This document shows, in pieces, positions 1 through 13,673 of a DNA stretch of 64,000 bases. A program made the translations under genes and the position numbers. This stretch comes from Chara braunii (taxonomy: Eukaryota > Plantae > Charophyceae), in assembly GCA_003427395.1 (NCBI GenBank), contig BFEA01000024.1:4617871-4681870 (forward strand). The letters run 5' to 3'. Under the pieces are notes generated by a model. The model ran no database searches. It saw nothing but the letters and a program-made list of their open reading frames with translations, and was not told the DNA's origin. Within the stretch, counting starts at the first letter, position 1, and the number at the start of each line of letters is the position of its first letter.

Positions 1-1854
1 CCCCCCCCCCCCCCCTCTGACCCCTCTTCGATTCCAAAAACGGAAGAGGTCCGAGCCGCCCTCGAGTACGAAACGGAGCAAAGCACAAACTAATAACACA
101 TGGCCTTTACTCTAATTCGATGCCTATTCACTTTTCACGGAAAGGCCTTGCTCGTAGGTTCAGTCTCATACTCGGGACAATGGATATGGGTACGGACCAT
201 CAGCACTCCGTAAGACAGGCCTGCGTATAATTTCAATGCCAGTTCATTACTCTGCAATCATGTGAGAGGTTTACCAAGCTATCTCTAATGTTTTCACCCC
301 CTTGCATAGACGTGTGGCACTATTAATAGGAGTCCCTTTTGTGTACCGTACAAAAAGTTGCAGGAGGTAGAACTGGCTTATGATCGAGACTGAAAACAGC
401 CGTGCAGGATTATCACTATGACAGGGTACAGTATTTACTGATGACAGTCCACTTTCGGCGGGTACACTGAGAACTCTGTGAGTGATCGATCACGCCTGGG
501 CGTTGAACTAGTCCCCGTCCAGTAGGTACTTAGCCAGTATGTGAGCCACCTTCCTCAACAGTGATTGTTTTTTGCCCATCTACTACACAGAAAGTAAGAG
601 GGCTATAGGGATTGCACATAAGCTGGGCCGACTTTCTTTTATGGCCAGGTCGTTCTTTCCCCTTTTTCCCTGTTATCCCTCCTCATCCATAAAGGGCAAA
701 CAAGGACTCTCACATCACGCTTTGGTTTTTCTTACAAAGTAATATTAACTTGATAAATCCAATCATATCACTTAAATTTAAAGAAGGAAGGCCTTGACTG
801 GAGGAGACTTATACAAGTTCCAGAGATGCCCGTTTTCAAAAGATTTTGCGGGTCACTCTGATACAGCGGCCGACTGAACATGAGCATAAGCTTCAGCGAT
901 CATCATCACCCAACCAAACAAAAGCACATCTACAAATGTTGCGTTCTCGCGTGAACTCCTCCAATAGCTCAATCATAACACGGAAAGCTCCATTCATCAT
1001 TCATTGTCAGTGATAATTTCAAGACCAAAACGGTTCGCTAGGAAGTCTACCACTCGACGATGGCAAGGCTGCAAGTTTTAGACAAAGGCAATTTGATTAC
1101 TCCACACTTCACTTGATAACGCAACTACAGATCACTGAATTGAGTAACGAGATAACTCGACCTTGTTCATCAGATGGGACAGTTTCAACAGCAATGGCCC
1201 AAACAGGCTCGAGCCAATCTCAGTCTCTACAAGCAAAAGGACGGAGGGTGAACCTGATCGAGACGCTGACTGTAGGGCGGAGGCAATGCCAACAGAGGGT
1301 TTTAGCCCTCTGCTATGCTCGTTCGTATTGAACCTGGAATTCTAGGCATCCTCCGCTCCGTTGATATCAGTGGAGCTTCGCATTGAGTTCCAATGTGAGT
1401 CTAACCTTTCTTGCCTCATTGTCACTGTTCGTTTGGTTCACCAAAAACCATTGAAGTGAACAGCAACGGCCAAATGCTCTTCTCACTGGGCACAGCGCGT
1501 ACATACAGAAAGTCGGACTCCACCTCAGACTTCTTCCTGCACGCACGACTCCTATATGTGTCAACTAAGTCGATGCCCTCTCTTCTCATACATTCTCCCC
1601 ACTCGAGTAGACACGTGTCACCGCCGTGGCTCGCACGAAGCAGTTGCAGTCAGTATCCCGAATGCACTGGCTGCCCTCGCACATGCCCCACTCTGTCAGC
1701 AGCGTCGTGACACAAGAAAATGGGGGGGGATGACCGACATCAGCTTAGTCTTTGCTCTCTCATGCTCTCTCATGCTCCTCTGCACACGGGCATCGTCCAA
1801 ATACCACCGCGCTTGTCCGGCCACAAAACAGGGAAGCCACACGTGCTATCCCGC

Positions 1855-4243
1855 TGTCCGGCGGCTGCCCAACAGCCGATGGCTCTTTCTCTTAGAAATA
1901 AAAAACTTTTTTTTCTTCTTTTGATGTTTTTGCGTGGTTTTGACGTATGCATGCATGCAGATGTGGTGTTTTTGGAGGACCTCGAACTTTCGGGCCTTCA
2001 CACTGACCCTTCGACTGGCTGGAGTGCCGATTCCAAATATGATCGCAAGCGGGCTCGGATGGATCCCCAAAGTTCGGAAGTTCCAGGGCTAAAGCTGCGA
2101 AGCGGGGGCCGGGGGTTGACTTTGGGGCGGACAGTGGAAGACTCAAGAGGAAGGGAACCTGGGAGGGCTGAGGATGAACTAATGAAAACTCCTGAACTGC
2201 ACCAGTCTGAGACTAAGAAGCGCGGACGGAGAATCCGAAGTTTCGGTGCGGGAATCGGAAGGGACGAAAAAGGGGGATGGATCCCCGGAAAAGCCAGGGG
2301 AACATTCAAGGGGAGAGGCCTCAACTTCACTAGGGCCGGCTGATATTGAGTATCACAAACTATGGCGTAAGCCGTCTGCAAGTCCGCAATACGCGTCATG
2401 CTTGGGGAAACTGCTTAGAAGAGACTGTCGAGGCCAGGATGTAATCAGGGGAGGGCGGCAATCGACCAACAAAGGGGGACAGCGGGTCAAAGGGTGCGGT
2501 CGAGGAAAGACCCCCCCGTTCAACAGGGTGTGTGAAGGTATCGTGACTAGCCGCCGCGCGGGAGGTCTGAATCGGGTCAGCATGATGGACCGGGCCCGGG
2601 AATCTTGAAACACCGGATGATGAGGAGTGGGGCGGAGCTTCTTCAGGGGCAGCCAGACTGGGCGCCGGGGGAAATGGTTTGAGAGGCGGACGATGGGATT
2701 GAGTGAGGATTTCTGTTGAGAAAAATGAAGCGACTTCCTGTAGGCCTGACAAGTAAGCTGGGAAGGGGCACGCTTGAGAAATCGGGAGAGAAGGCGCCGG
2801 GAAAACAGTGGAAGGAGGGGGGCACTCGGGGATCGAGCCCGCGAAAAAGGGGGAGAGAAGGGGCCTAGAGTGTGGTGGGAATAAGAGTGAGGCAAAAAGG
2901 GGTGTTCGCAAATAGGGGATTTGGGGAATGTCTATCCACTCGTACCAGCATCGAGGCCTGACTAGCTGGGTCCGTACTAGGGCATCGATTTTCTGATAGG
3001 CTGGTGAGAGCGTCGGCGTTTAGTCTTCGCTTCTTGATAACTGTCAGGCTCTGGTTTCGTACTAGGCCACTTGAAATTGATTTTTGGGGACGATTCTTGA
3101 CAACTGTCGGTCGCTGCCTGCATCAGCGAGAAGGTACCCAGACCTGAGGGGCAGGCTGATGCAAGGGCCACTCCCTTGTCTACTGTCCGTCGTTGCTTGC
3201 CTCGGTCAAGTATGCATCAAAGTCGGCGTTTTGTCTTCGCTTCTTCATAACGGTCAGGCACTGGTTTCATACACGACCACTTGAAATTATCCTTTGGGGT
3301 CGACTCTAGATGACTATCGGTCGCAGCTTGTATCAGCGAGAATGAACCTTGACCTGAAGGACGGGTCGATCCATGGCCATTTGGAATTATTCCTTTCAAT
3401 CGCTGCCTGCATCAGCGACAATGTACCTGGGCTTGAGGGACAGACCGATGCATGGATGCGTCGAAGCCGGTGCTTAGTTTCGTCTCTTGATAACTGTCAG
3501 GCGCTACTTTCATCAGAGTGAGTGTACCTGGAGCAGGTCGATGGGTGTATAAAACGGGTTCTTGGGCCGCACTTCTTAATGCACCTAACCTGAGGAACGA
3601 CTCGATACATGGGGACTAGAAATTATTCTTTGGGAATCTATTCTGAGTGACTGTCTAGCGCTGCAGGGCCTGCCAATGCGGGGGCGTCGGTCTCGATTCC
3701 TTCTTGATCACCAATTGAAGGAGCTAACATCGGTATGAAGGTGTCGGACTTGAGAGAAAGGCCAGTAAGCGGCATCAAACTTTAAAATCCCTCCCTGGTG
3801 ACTACCTTCGTCGGCAAAAATGTATTGAACCATGGTAAGTGACCGATGCATGATGACTCCGGGTCACCCCAGCCGAGGCTGAGGATTGGCTGAGAGGGAA
3901 GGACGAAAGATCGACCGAGGAAGAGGAAAGGGGTGTGAGACAGTATAAAGAGGATAGAAAGGGAGAGAAGGGTGCGCGCACGAAGAGGAGCATGGGTCAA
4001 GCGCTCGAGCGGACGGACCTGCGGCGTACGAGACGATTCACAGCGACAGGCGCGCAGCCGGGGACGAGGGAGCAAGAGAGAACGAGAGAGGAAGAAAGGG
4101 AAGAGAAAAGAAGTGAGAGAGGGGAAGGATGAGCCGAGAGACGCGGGTCGAACGTCGGCTTACCTCACGCACGCGACTCGGGAGGCAGCGCTCGAGGGGA
4201 GAAAAGGGGAGAGAAGGCGACGAGAACTAGAGGGAGAGTGACA

Positions 4244-4301
<58 letters not shown>

Positions 4302-6729
4302 AAGAGAGAACGGGTCCGAGTGCGCGCGGCACGAAGCGTACGTTTGCGTTCGAGGACGGGAAGAGCGAGGGATCAGGGTCAATACGCCTTGGGCGCACGG
4401 AGAGTGCAGGCGTTGAGCTTTGCCCTCGACGTAGAGCTAACGCTCGAGAGAAAGGGACGGAGGGCGTTCATTCAAGGTTGAGTCGGGAGGTGCGGCGGAA
4501 GGCCGTTCGGGAGGAACGCCGGTATCGGAGAGCGCAAGGACGGAAGAAAGGAGACTTGGGGGACCGAGCGACCGGGAGAGGCGCAGGGGGCTTCTACGCA
4601 TGAAGCCGGGAGAGAGAGCGCCTACAGCCCTCTCGGGGAAGCTCGGTCGAGCGACTCGGGAAGCCATCGTTCCGAAGAGGTTGAAGGTGCGGAGCCAGCG
4701 TAACTGCTAACGGTACCCCAAGGAGCTCGCATTCGAGGCACCGTTAGGGACGCAGAGCAAAGGTAGAGGCACGCCCGGCATCGGGCGCTCAGGGAGGATC
4801 TGTGGGGAGTCGACGAGGCCTTCAAGCTGACTACGGAATCCGGACCGAGCACGGGGAGACAAACAAGTAAACGCAAGAGCGGTGCTCGGGAAGCGGCGAA
4901 CGGGAGAGTGCGAGGGGTGCTCGGACCGGGCGCGGGGAGAGGCGAACTGATTGTTCGAAGGGTCCGCGCGGGGCTGCTACGAGCTGGCGAGCGTCAACGG
5001 GGGAAGAAGGGCGAGGGGGAGAGCGAAGCGGGCTCCAAACTCGAGCGGACGGGCGGCTCCGCGAGACATCCTGGGCGACAAAGGAAAGGTCCTTCTCTTT
5101 CGCCAGAAACGACAGAAAGGAGGTAGGATCACTACCTCAGTCTCCTCGAAGTGGTTGGCGATGTCGACGCCCTCGTCAGCGGCTCCGGCGACACGGGTGT
5201 CAGAGTGAGAGATGACCTGGGGAGAGAGCGAGGCGGGCGGGAGTTCGCATACGGGCGATCCACGGGGCTCCGACCCCGCCGACTGGCAACAGTTCGGACT
5301 TAGAGCGCTCTCTTTCAGGTCTGGTTTCGCGGCGAGCAGTCGTACGAGCTTTTTTTTGTCGCCGCGCAATCTCGGGTTCGTTTCCTTTTCGGAATGAACC
5401 TCGACACGCAGTCGCGAGGTCCGTCGCCCATCTATGAGAGCTACAACCTCCTGTTCTACGTTCCTTTCACGTTGTGAACCTAGAGCGTCGGTTTCTGGTT
5501 GGGGTTTTTCGAGTGCATGTACTTCGACTGACTGTCGAGAAGCCCAGACCGCCATCCTTTGTGAAAACTTCGTTTTACAAGTCTCATGTTCGGGTTAGTT
5601 TTCTCTGTGAAAAACTCGGGCTCACTGTAGCGAGATTAGAAAAAGCTTTTCTGCAGGTTCAAGTTCTGGTCCGGTTTCTCAGTATGAAACTCGACTCACC
5701 GTCATGAGTCTCGGTTCTGTTATTCTCCGTGAAAACTCTATCCCCCAGCTTTCTTGTCCAAATTTGGTTCCTCCGAGCGAATTCCAACTTGCTATCGCGA
5801 GGTGCGGGTCTAAGAAAAACTTCATTTTCCGGTCTCTGGTCTTTGGAAGCTCTTTTCATTAGATTTAAGTTCTGGTCCGGTTACTCAGTATGAAACTCGA
5901 CTCACCGCCATGAGTCTCGGTTCTGTTATTCTCCGTAAAAACTCTATCCCCCAGCTTTCTTGTCCATGTTTAGTTCCTCTGGGTGGATTCTAGGCGCGGA
6001 CCTGAGAAAAACTTCATTTTGCAGTCTCTAGTCTTTGGAAGCTCTTTTCTGAAAATTGAAGTTCTGGTCCGGTTTCTCTGTATGAACCTCAACTCACCGT
6101 CACGAGTCTCGGTTCTGTTACTTCTCCGTGAAAACTCCTTGTCCAAGTTTGGTTCCACCGGGTGGATTCCGACTTGCTGTCGCGAGGGGCGGGTCTGTGA
6201 AAACTCCATTTCGTCGTCTTGTGAATTCTGCTGGTTTAAGTTCCGGTCTGGCTTCTCGCCGTGAGGCTCGGGTCTGTTATTCTTCGTGAAAAATCTATCC
6301 CGCAGTCTCCTTGTCCACGTTTGTTTCCTCTGGGTGGATTCTAGGTGCAGGTCTGTGAAAAACTCCATTCTGCACTCTCTAGTTTTCCTTGTCAGCAGCT
6401 TCACGTTCAAACTCGGCTTGCCTTTGGGAACCTCTGCGCGATGTTGTACGGTCCGGGCGAGAATCGGAAACCCAATGCGCAGCCCTGGTCGGGTCTATAG
6501 GCTACTCAGCCAACGGTCGCCCCCCGCTCGAGACCGTCGCCCCAAGCGTAAGTGGACAGGAGCCCCGGGTCAAGGGCCTCCGTAAGGGCCTCCCTAAGAA
6601 CTCGAACGGAATCCGTTCGGCTCAGAACAAGGGGCCGAAACAGTCAAAGAGGGGACGGGTGAGGCGTGCACTAGCACGGCAACCCACTTATAGCCGTAGG
6701 AGGTGGGAGACCCGGGCGGAAGCGGGACA
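1855..6729 (+). mobile_element. Solo-LTR-like sequence (~4.9 kb) related to the LTR of the giant Ty3/Gypsy element at 30681-64000
   Basis: Starts TGTCCGGCGGCTG, and its first ~250 bp align by eye with the LTR start at 54619 (shared ...AAATAAAAAAC...TTTTTGCGTGGTTTTGACGTAT...CATG). Ends AAGCGGGACA, like the other LTR end AAGCGGACA. Same architecture: internal tandem repeats (~2950-3700), TATA-like TATAAAG near 3944, GA tract, 3' tandem repeats (~5560-6400). No TSD found, so the boundaries are approximate. Confidence 0.65.
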
Positions 6730-8567
6730 ACTCGACACCACGACCCGCCAACACTGATGACATCAACCGTAATGAGCGGGCTCACGTCTTGCACGCCTTC
6801 CACACAAAGGAGACACTCGTCCTTCTCATCCCCTTGTCTTCGCGTGCTGACCCTCACCCCTTTTGTCAGTGATGACGTCATCAAGAGTAGCGTCTGTAGT
6901 TCAAGCTCACCCGGCATGTCTGCCCGCTGTACCTCTTCACAGGGACGCGGCATGAACTCACCCTGAGTTGTTGACGTCAGCCAAGAAGTCGCGCTCTGCG
7001 TTGGCAATCTCCTCTCATGTCACACGCCCTCCCCTACCCGGTCTCTCCCGAGTTGACTCTCTCTCGCTCTCTCTGTGTCGCACTGATTACGTGCTAGCTG
7101 GACAGAGCGACAGCACCGGCCAATGGAGAGAGGACCAGTATCCACTTTCCTCCGTAGCGTTCAACGGTTGCGCACACTGCACTTTGGCAACTGCTGACAT
7201 CAAAACGCATCCCGCCCGCCAAAGCGTCGTCTCTCCTTAATGCCCCTGAACCGTCCACGTGCAGCCCACGTACGCCTCTCTCTCCTTCGGGTTCAGTCCC
7301 GCCTTCTACTAGCCTCTGCGCTCAATGGTCTAGCCCCTGTCGGTCTCGCTCGGCCCTGGACCGAACTGGCCTCGGGCCCAACCTCCACTGGTCCCGCCAG
7401 CGGGTGGTTTTGGCGGATCTGGTCCAGCCCATGCCAGGACTGGACATCCGCCTCTCGGTCGCTCATCTCTGACTCTCCCTCCGAGTCCCTGTCGTTGTGC
7501 TGTACCTCCCTTGTCGTGGTCCCAGTTGACGAGTCGTCCTCGTGGTAGGTGACCGTTACCCTCATACTCGCAGTCACCCCGTCTCGCCTGCACATCCGCT
7601 CGGCCCTGTTGCGCACCTCGGTAACCGCGGCCTGCAGTCCTTCGTCCCTCCTCATTTCCTGCTCCCTACCACCACACACGTTAACTTTTAGCCTCACCTC
7701 CCCGTCAGGCTTACCGTAGGTCAGTATAGTTTCCACTACAGTGCCCCTCTCATCTTCTTTCTCCCACATCCAAGAATACTTCATATATCTCGGCCTGTAA
7801 CCGCGCAAGCCATTTCGGTCCGCCATATCCACTCCGGATAGCCAGACCTCGCTCCCAGGTGCGTGCACTTGAATGACTCACACTAGCCCTCGCTTCTGGC
7901 CTCTGACACCAGACTAGCGACATCAAGGTGACAAGATAACCCGCGGACACCCACAGTCAGCTCTCCAATAGCCACGCTCTCTCGTCTCTTATAAACCTGC
8001 CTCATACCCAGATCCCAGTGCTCTAAACGGGGAGCTCGAGGTAGCCTTCAAGACTTAGTGAAAATTCAAAAATAATGGGATAATTTTAAAATTGGAATTT
8101 TACACACAGGAAAACCAAAAGAAAAGAAAAGAAAAGAACTTACGGCCGCAATATCTACAGGCCTTCTGCTATCGGTCCCTGTCGCTTCGTCTCACTGTGA
8201 GGCGACTACAATTCTGAGGTGGTGGTCCCATAACGGGATACCAACGATCACATTTTACCTTTTAAAATACAGCTTCGACCTATCCCCGTCGGGTACCCGT
8301 GTTCGATGGCAAGGAGGGGGCTTATGACCCTCCATGGGGGGTGATAGGCTCCCTACCAATGCGGCCGCGGGTCGCCCCTCTTTTGGGGCCTTGCCGCGCG
8401 ATGCTCAATCAAACAGCTCTAGCACAACCAACTTACGAGGGGTCGGGCCAGCCTAGGCCATCAGACAGAAGTCGTAGTCCAAAATTTGAACCGTCGGCCT
8501 CCACCATGAGGTGGCAGACCAGAAAAGGAAAAGAAAAGGAAATCACGTCTGAAAAACTAAAGATACC

Positions 8568-8600
<33 letters not shown>

Positions 8601-11507
8601 GATGAGAACGAAAACGTAAACGGCGGATTGACTACAGGCCGTCAAATTTCTCCCGAACTAAAGGCTGATACTTCAGTTGCACAGATTAGACCTCTAGCTT
8701 TCTTTTTATTTTCCTTTCTTACTTTTCATTTTTCTTCTTGTTTTCTTTGCTCAGCCTCCCCTTTTCTCTGATAGCGACCTGTTTTCTTGCACCCAACCCG
8801 TAACCTAGTAGAGGGGCATTTGGCGCGCAGTTGAAAAGACTAGGCCAGTCTTTTCACCTCCGCGTCCCAGGGCGAGCCCGGCGGCTACCACGGCCAAAGG
8901 CCGATAGTGCTCTGCTATACAGCAGGGCGCCGAGCCTGCGTGGACCAAAGGAAAGCCCTGTGGCGCACCCCTTCTGCAGAGGGCGAGCACCTACAGGTCG
9001 GTCCTTTCCAAGGCACCACCCCGGTATCTCAGCGTTACTGTGGAAGTTAGGCAACAGACTAAACCCACACATGCCCGAAGCACCGGCACCAATCAGGGAC
9101 TTTGGCACACAAAGGAGGGCCGGGACACTGCGCCCTCCGAGAAGGTGCGCAGCACCTTGGCTTAGCTCAAGCAGCAGCCCGCGAGACTCCGCTCCAGCAG
9201 CATTGCCGATAGCTTGCAAGTGCCTGAATGTTGTGCCTGGCCATAAGCTCTTTCGTATATGGAAGAGTTATGGCCAGGCCTGCGGCTTCGCTTTGCTGCG
9301 CCTACGCCAAAAGCTTCCGACAGGCCCCTGGTGGTTGGGCCTCTGCTAGAGCTGTTGGGCCTCCTTCGGTTAGGCCTCCCAACTGTCTGTGTATGTTGTT
9401 GCGAATCCTGCCTAGGGCCTGCATTTCAAAAAGGCCTCGAAAGTCGTGGAAATTCTTTGCAGCTCGAGTTTTGGGTTCCCTCAACCAACTGACGCGGCAC
9501 AGCTGTCTGAACCCCACATACGAAATTGACATGATTTGGGCCTCTCGTGATTTGTTAGGCCCGCCTTCACTTACGGCGACGCACTTGCATCATGGGCCCC
9601 GAGGCCTGTCGAGGAGCCACATCCTCGCAATATAGTCAAAGCTGAAAAAATAAAAATAAAAATAAGAGGTTGTATACCTCAAGAGACCTACAACCCCATT
9701 TTTTTTGGTTACTGTTTAACCCACAAAAAAAAAATCATCGCGGATTCCAATGAAACCCGTTGCATTGGCGTTTAAACGCCAAGTCAACAAGAATTCAACG
9801 TGTGTTGAATCATTCAAGGCGGACCCCCCGTTGAATCCGTTTTCATACACACAACGCGCGTGAACGCCAAAATATCCCCCTTTTTTTGTGCATTTTTCCA
9901 TATGATCGTGGACATTCTCCCATACGATCGCAAAAATTCGGACCTAAGTGACAGGGAAAGGGGAAATATGGTGGCGTTGGGCCTGAACTTTTTGTGCTCG
10001 GCTAAGAATCGAAAGAGGCCGCTTGTTTTTCGTGAATGCGTAGGTAGGATATTTTCATAGGCTCAACAGTCGAAATTAGGTTCGGAAGCCGATGCAGTAC
10101 AGGGCCACTTTGTTTCCTGATACCATGACCTACTTAGTGCCACACATGACCTTTCGGGACCGAAACGGATTCGGGACTAAGCCCGAGCATAGCCTTGGAA
10201 CCGGTGCGCTCCACATATCTCAACACCCGCCTGACGCTCGATAGCACCGAAGCGCTAAGGCCCACGCAGTCCTAGGACCAATAAAAGTTTAAAAGCCCAA
10301 CTAGGTCCTTTTGTGGGACACTTCGGACTTGCCCACATGCTGGCACACAAAGTGCACTAGCCTTCCCACGCATGAGGATTGGTGGGAGAGGACTTCACAC
10401 ACGTACGTACCGGCGAATTGGTACATCGCACACCGAAAGGACATGAACAGCCAGATTCCACGCGCTCTTGGGCACAAATTAGGTGCGGGCACTCATGCAC
10501 GGGCCGGGCGCGCACCCACGCACGGCTTACCGTGCTCGATTTCAAATGGGAAGCGGCGAATGTTCCTGAAGATCGTCAACATCATCACCATCTTAGTTGG
10601 AAAGAGCACACGCATCTGCGCTCGATTTGTCAAAACCATCAACATTATCATTCATCATTGTCATCATTAACAAGGGACAGTGGGCTCAACTGCGCGTTGT
10701 CGAGCGCATCGGTCACACAGAGGTGACCCTCCCGGTCGCGTCAGTTAGGATTTTGCAAGACTTCATCATAGAGCATTGTCGCTTCGGCCGAGTGCGCCAG
10801 CCATACCTCTCGCGAACCCCTACGACAAAATAGGGCCACGCAAGGTACAACTTACCTCCACCCGTGGGAGTTGTCACCATCCCTAAGGTGGGTGTATCCC
10901 CGCCGAGCTACCGAGCCACATGGGAAGATTTTTCGTATGCAATCGCAGAGGTGGCCCAGCTGAGGGCGTTTCTCATTGGTTGTAGCATAGGGGGTTCGAA
11001 ACGTTAACGCCCGAATCGAACCTGTGCGCCAATCGTCACCCGAGGCACCGATCTCTCGAGCGCGACCCTACGCAGGTTGATTAGGACGGTCAAATCTAAC
11101 CACAAGATACATCTCACGGAAACTAAAATTGAACTTCACTCGTAAGTGCGCCTAGTCCCTTTTTTCATGCTTGACCCATAACTTTTACAAAGAAGATCAG
11201 ACGAGTATCGCGCGCGAGGCTCAAAATAAATATCGCGGCAGCACAGGTCTTAATCATATCAGCTAGCCATGCATGAGCACAAGCAGCCGCAGTGATGGCG
11301 TATTATGTATTATTCATAATCATGTGGCCCTCTATGGTCTCGAGGGTCACCTTCGACACTCAAGTGTCGGCTAACATACGTCTTGAGGGACTAATCTCTC
11401 AGTGCTAGACAACCACAAAAGGCGGTTGGGAGTTCTACCCTCTTCTGCACCTTGTGGAGAGTGGGTGGTAGACGGGCTCCGGCCCTTTGTGGTGGTCCGC
11501 GCTTATG

Positions 11508-11629
11508 GCCTTGGTTTGACCTTGACGGCCGCCATGGACCTTAACGTCCAACCATAAAAATTCTAAGAGCCTTGGTTTGACCTTGACGGCCGCCATGGAC
11601 CTTAACGTCCAACCATAAAAATTCTAAGA
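11508..11629. repeat. Perfect 61-bp tandem duplication
   Basis: GCCTTGGTTTGACC...AAAAATTCTAAGA occurs at 11508 and 11569. Confidence 0.9.
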
Positions 11630-12891
11630 AGTAAGGGATATATGAAGGGATCTTCCCTTTCTCTCAAGACATAACTTATTTAATCGCTACGCACAGTCCC
11701 AGTAGGCCATGCAGACACAAAGGATACACAAATATAAAGGGTTATAAGATACAAGACGATCACTCTCACAATCACAGTGTAGCTTCCTTCACAAATATTT
11801 ATGCAATCGCAGGCAAAATCGGATCTGGATTTGGACTCACAAAACATACCTGCAATCACATCAACGACTAGGCTACAAAAGTCGCCCGGAGTCGCCCGGG
11901 TCGCCCGGGTGACTGATTTTCGTTCCTTTTTTTTTTTTTTTTGAAAGGGGGGGGGGAGATCTTATTTGCGCTTCTAAAGAGCTATCCAAATCCGCTTTTT
12001 TTTTTTTTTTTTTTTGGGTTTTCGACATTTTGGAAGGGGGGTCTCTCTCCCTCGTCTTCCTCCACCTCTCTCCCTCCTCATCCTCCTCCTCGCTCCCTCC
12101 TCCTCGTCCTGTCTCGGCATGCGGCCGTACCCAAACCCCTCCTCCGCTATCTCATCCACCTCCCACTGCCTCCCAAACGATCGCGCCGTCACCACGTGCC
12201 CACTCTCTCCACGTGGCCCATATGCCTTTGGCAACCCATAACTGAGCTTGAAAAAAAAAAAAAAAAAAAAGGAATAAAAAAAAGCACCGAAATGAAAGAA
12301 TGGACATGGCCGATGTGAAAGGACAAGACGAAGAAATGAGAATACCAAACGGCGAAGAAGAATAATGGAGGAGCAGGAGGAATCATTCTTCCTCTTCTTC
12401 ATCCTCCTAGTTTCTTCTGCCTCCTCCACCTCCTCTTCCATTATTTTTCGTTGTCCCCCTCCTGTCTCCCTCCTCCTCCTCCATCTCGTCGACTTCCTGC
12501 TGCTTTGTTCGTCCTCCCCCTCCTTTCTCTGATGTCCTTCTCATCCTCCTTTCTCCGACGTCCTCATCATCGACCCCGCAAGTGTCCTTACCATTCGCCC
12601 ATTTTCGCCATGTGCCCACTGTTCGGCTGTTGAAGGCTTCAAGTTTCAAGGACGCCACGTGGCCCACTGTCGAGAAGTCTCCGATGATTAAAGTTCAAGG
12701 ACGACGAAAGTAGGAGGAGGCGGCGGAGGCGGAGGAGGAGGAGGAGGAGAAGTCGTCCGTGGGGCCACTGTGCGGACATTGCAGGCCTTCGGCGGTGGGG
12801 CAATGGCAACGGCAAGAACCGGTAACTGTTGGGCAGGGGGTCTTGCAGGCGAGGTCATGTAGTGTCATGCCCTGCTGTAGTCGCCCGTTAG

Positions 12892-12987
12892 TGCAGAAGG
12901 CTTGCAGGGAGAGAAGAGGTGGTGCGCCGCCTCCAGCCTGCAGAAGGCTTGCAGGGAGAGAAGAGGTGGTGCACCGCCTCCAGCCTG
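12892..12987. repeat. 47-bp tandem duplication
   Basis: TGCAGAAGGCTTGCAGGGAGAGAAGAGGTGGTGC(G/A)CCGCCTCCAGCC occurs at 12892 and 12939. Confidence 0.85.
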
Positions 12988-13326
12988 GGCGATCTGCGGG
13001 TGGATGACGAGGGCCAACTATCAGAATTCGAACTACTTCTGCCTTCCCCCTGCCTGTCTTCTCCACACGGAGTGCACATTTTTTTCCCACCCTTCAGTCA
13101 TCTGGGGTTCGCAACCCTACGCACCACGGACACAAGACAACGATGGGCAAACATCAGCAACTCCATGTACACATATGAAACTGGTCACGGGATACCTTTT
13201 AGGACTAGTCCTACAAGCTGTAGTTTTAGAATTCTTCCAACCATCACGCAGCCAGTCCTAAAAGCTGTAGTTTTTAGGACTATTTTTTTGGGGATTCTTT
13301 CCATGTACACATATGAAACTTGCCAG

Positions 13327-13673
13327 CATTAGATTAGAACGGTGTTATGTGGGATATCTGAATCTTGCTTTCTGTGGGTTTGTGATGTTGGTAGTCATAA
13401 CTAGGAAGGTCCAGGTTTTGTCGTTTCCGAGGAGAGTTAGGAAGATGGATTTTGGTTGGCAAAAAGTTTGGCTCCTAGGTTCCGCCTGGACCGGTTGTTA
13501 GGTTGGTTAAGGTTTTCAAGTCTGAAACAAGTAAGCTAAACCGGCTGACGCTGCCGGGATATCTTCCGGGTTGAATTGTGAGGTCCCCGGCCTCGTTATG
13601 TTTCTTAAGATATAATAATAATGGAATGGTCCTTTTCAAAAAAAAAAAAAAAAAAAAAAAAAAAAACAACAAC
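13327..13673 (+). mobile_element. 5'-truncated non-LTR retroelement (LINE 3' end) with poly(A) tail and 10-bp TSD
   Basis: Ends CCTTTTC-A(n)-CAACAAC. Flanked by AACTTGCCAG at 13317-13326 and 13674-13683. Removing the insert restores a copy of the local repeat that is uninterrupted at ~13165-13270. Confidence 0.8.

Noticed and set aside
8215-8252. Possible PBS (minus strand TGGTATCCCG...)
   Set aside because: Diverges from the tRNA-iMet PBS after TGGTATC, and there is no adjacent LTR-like CA end.
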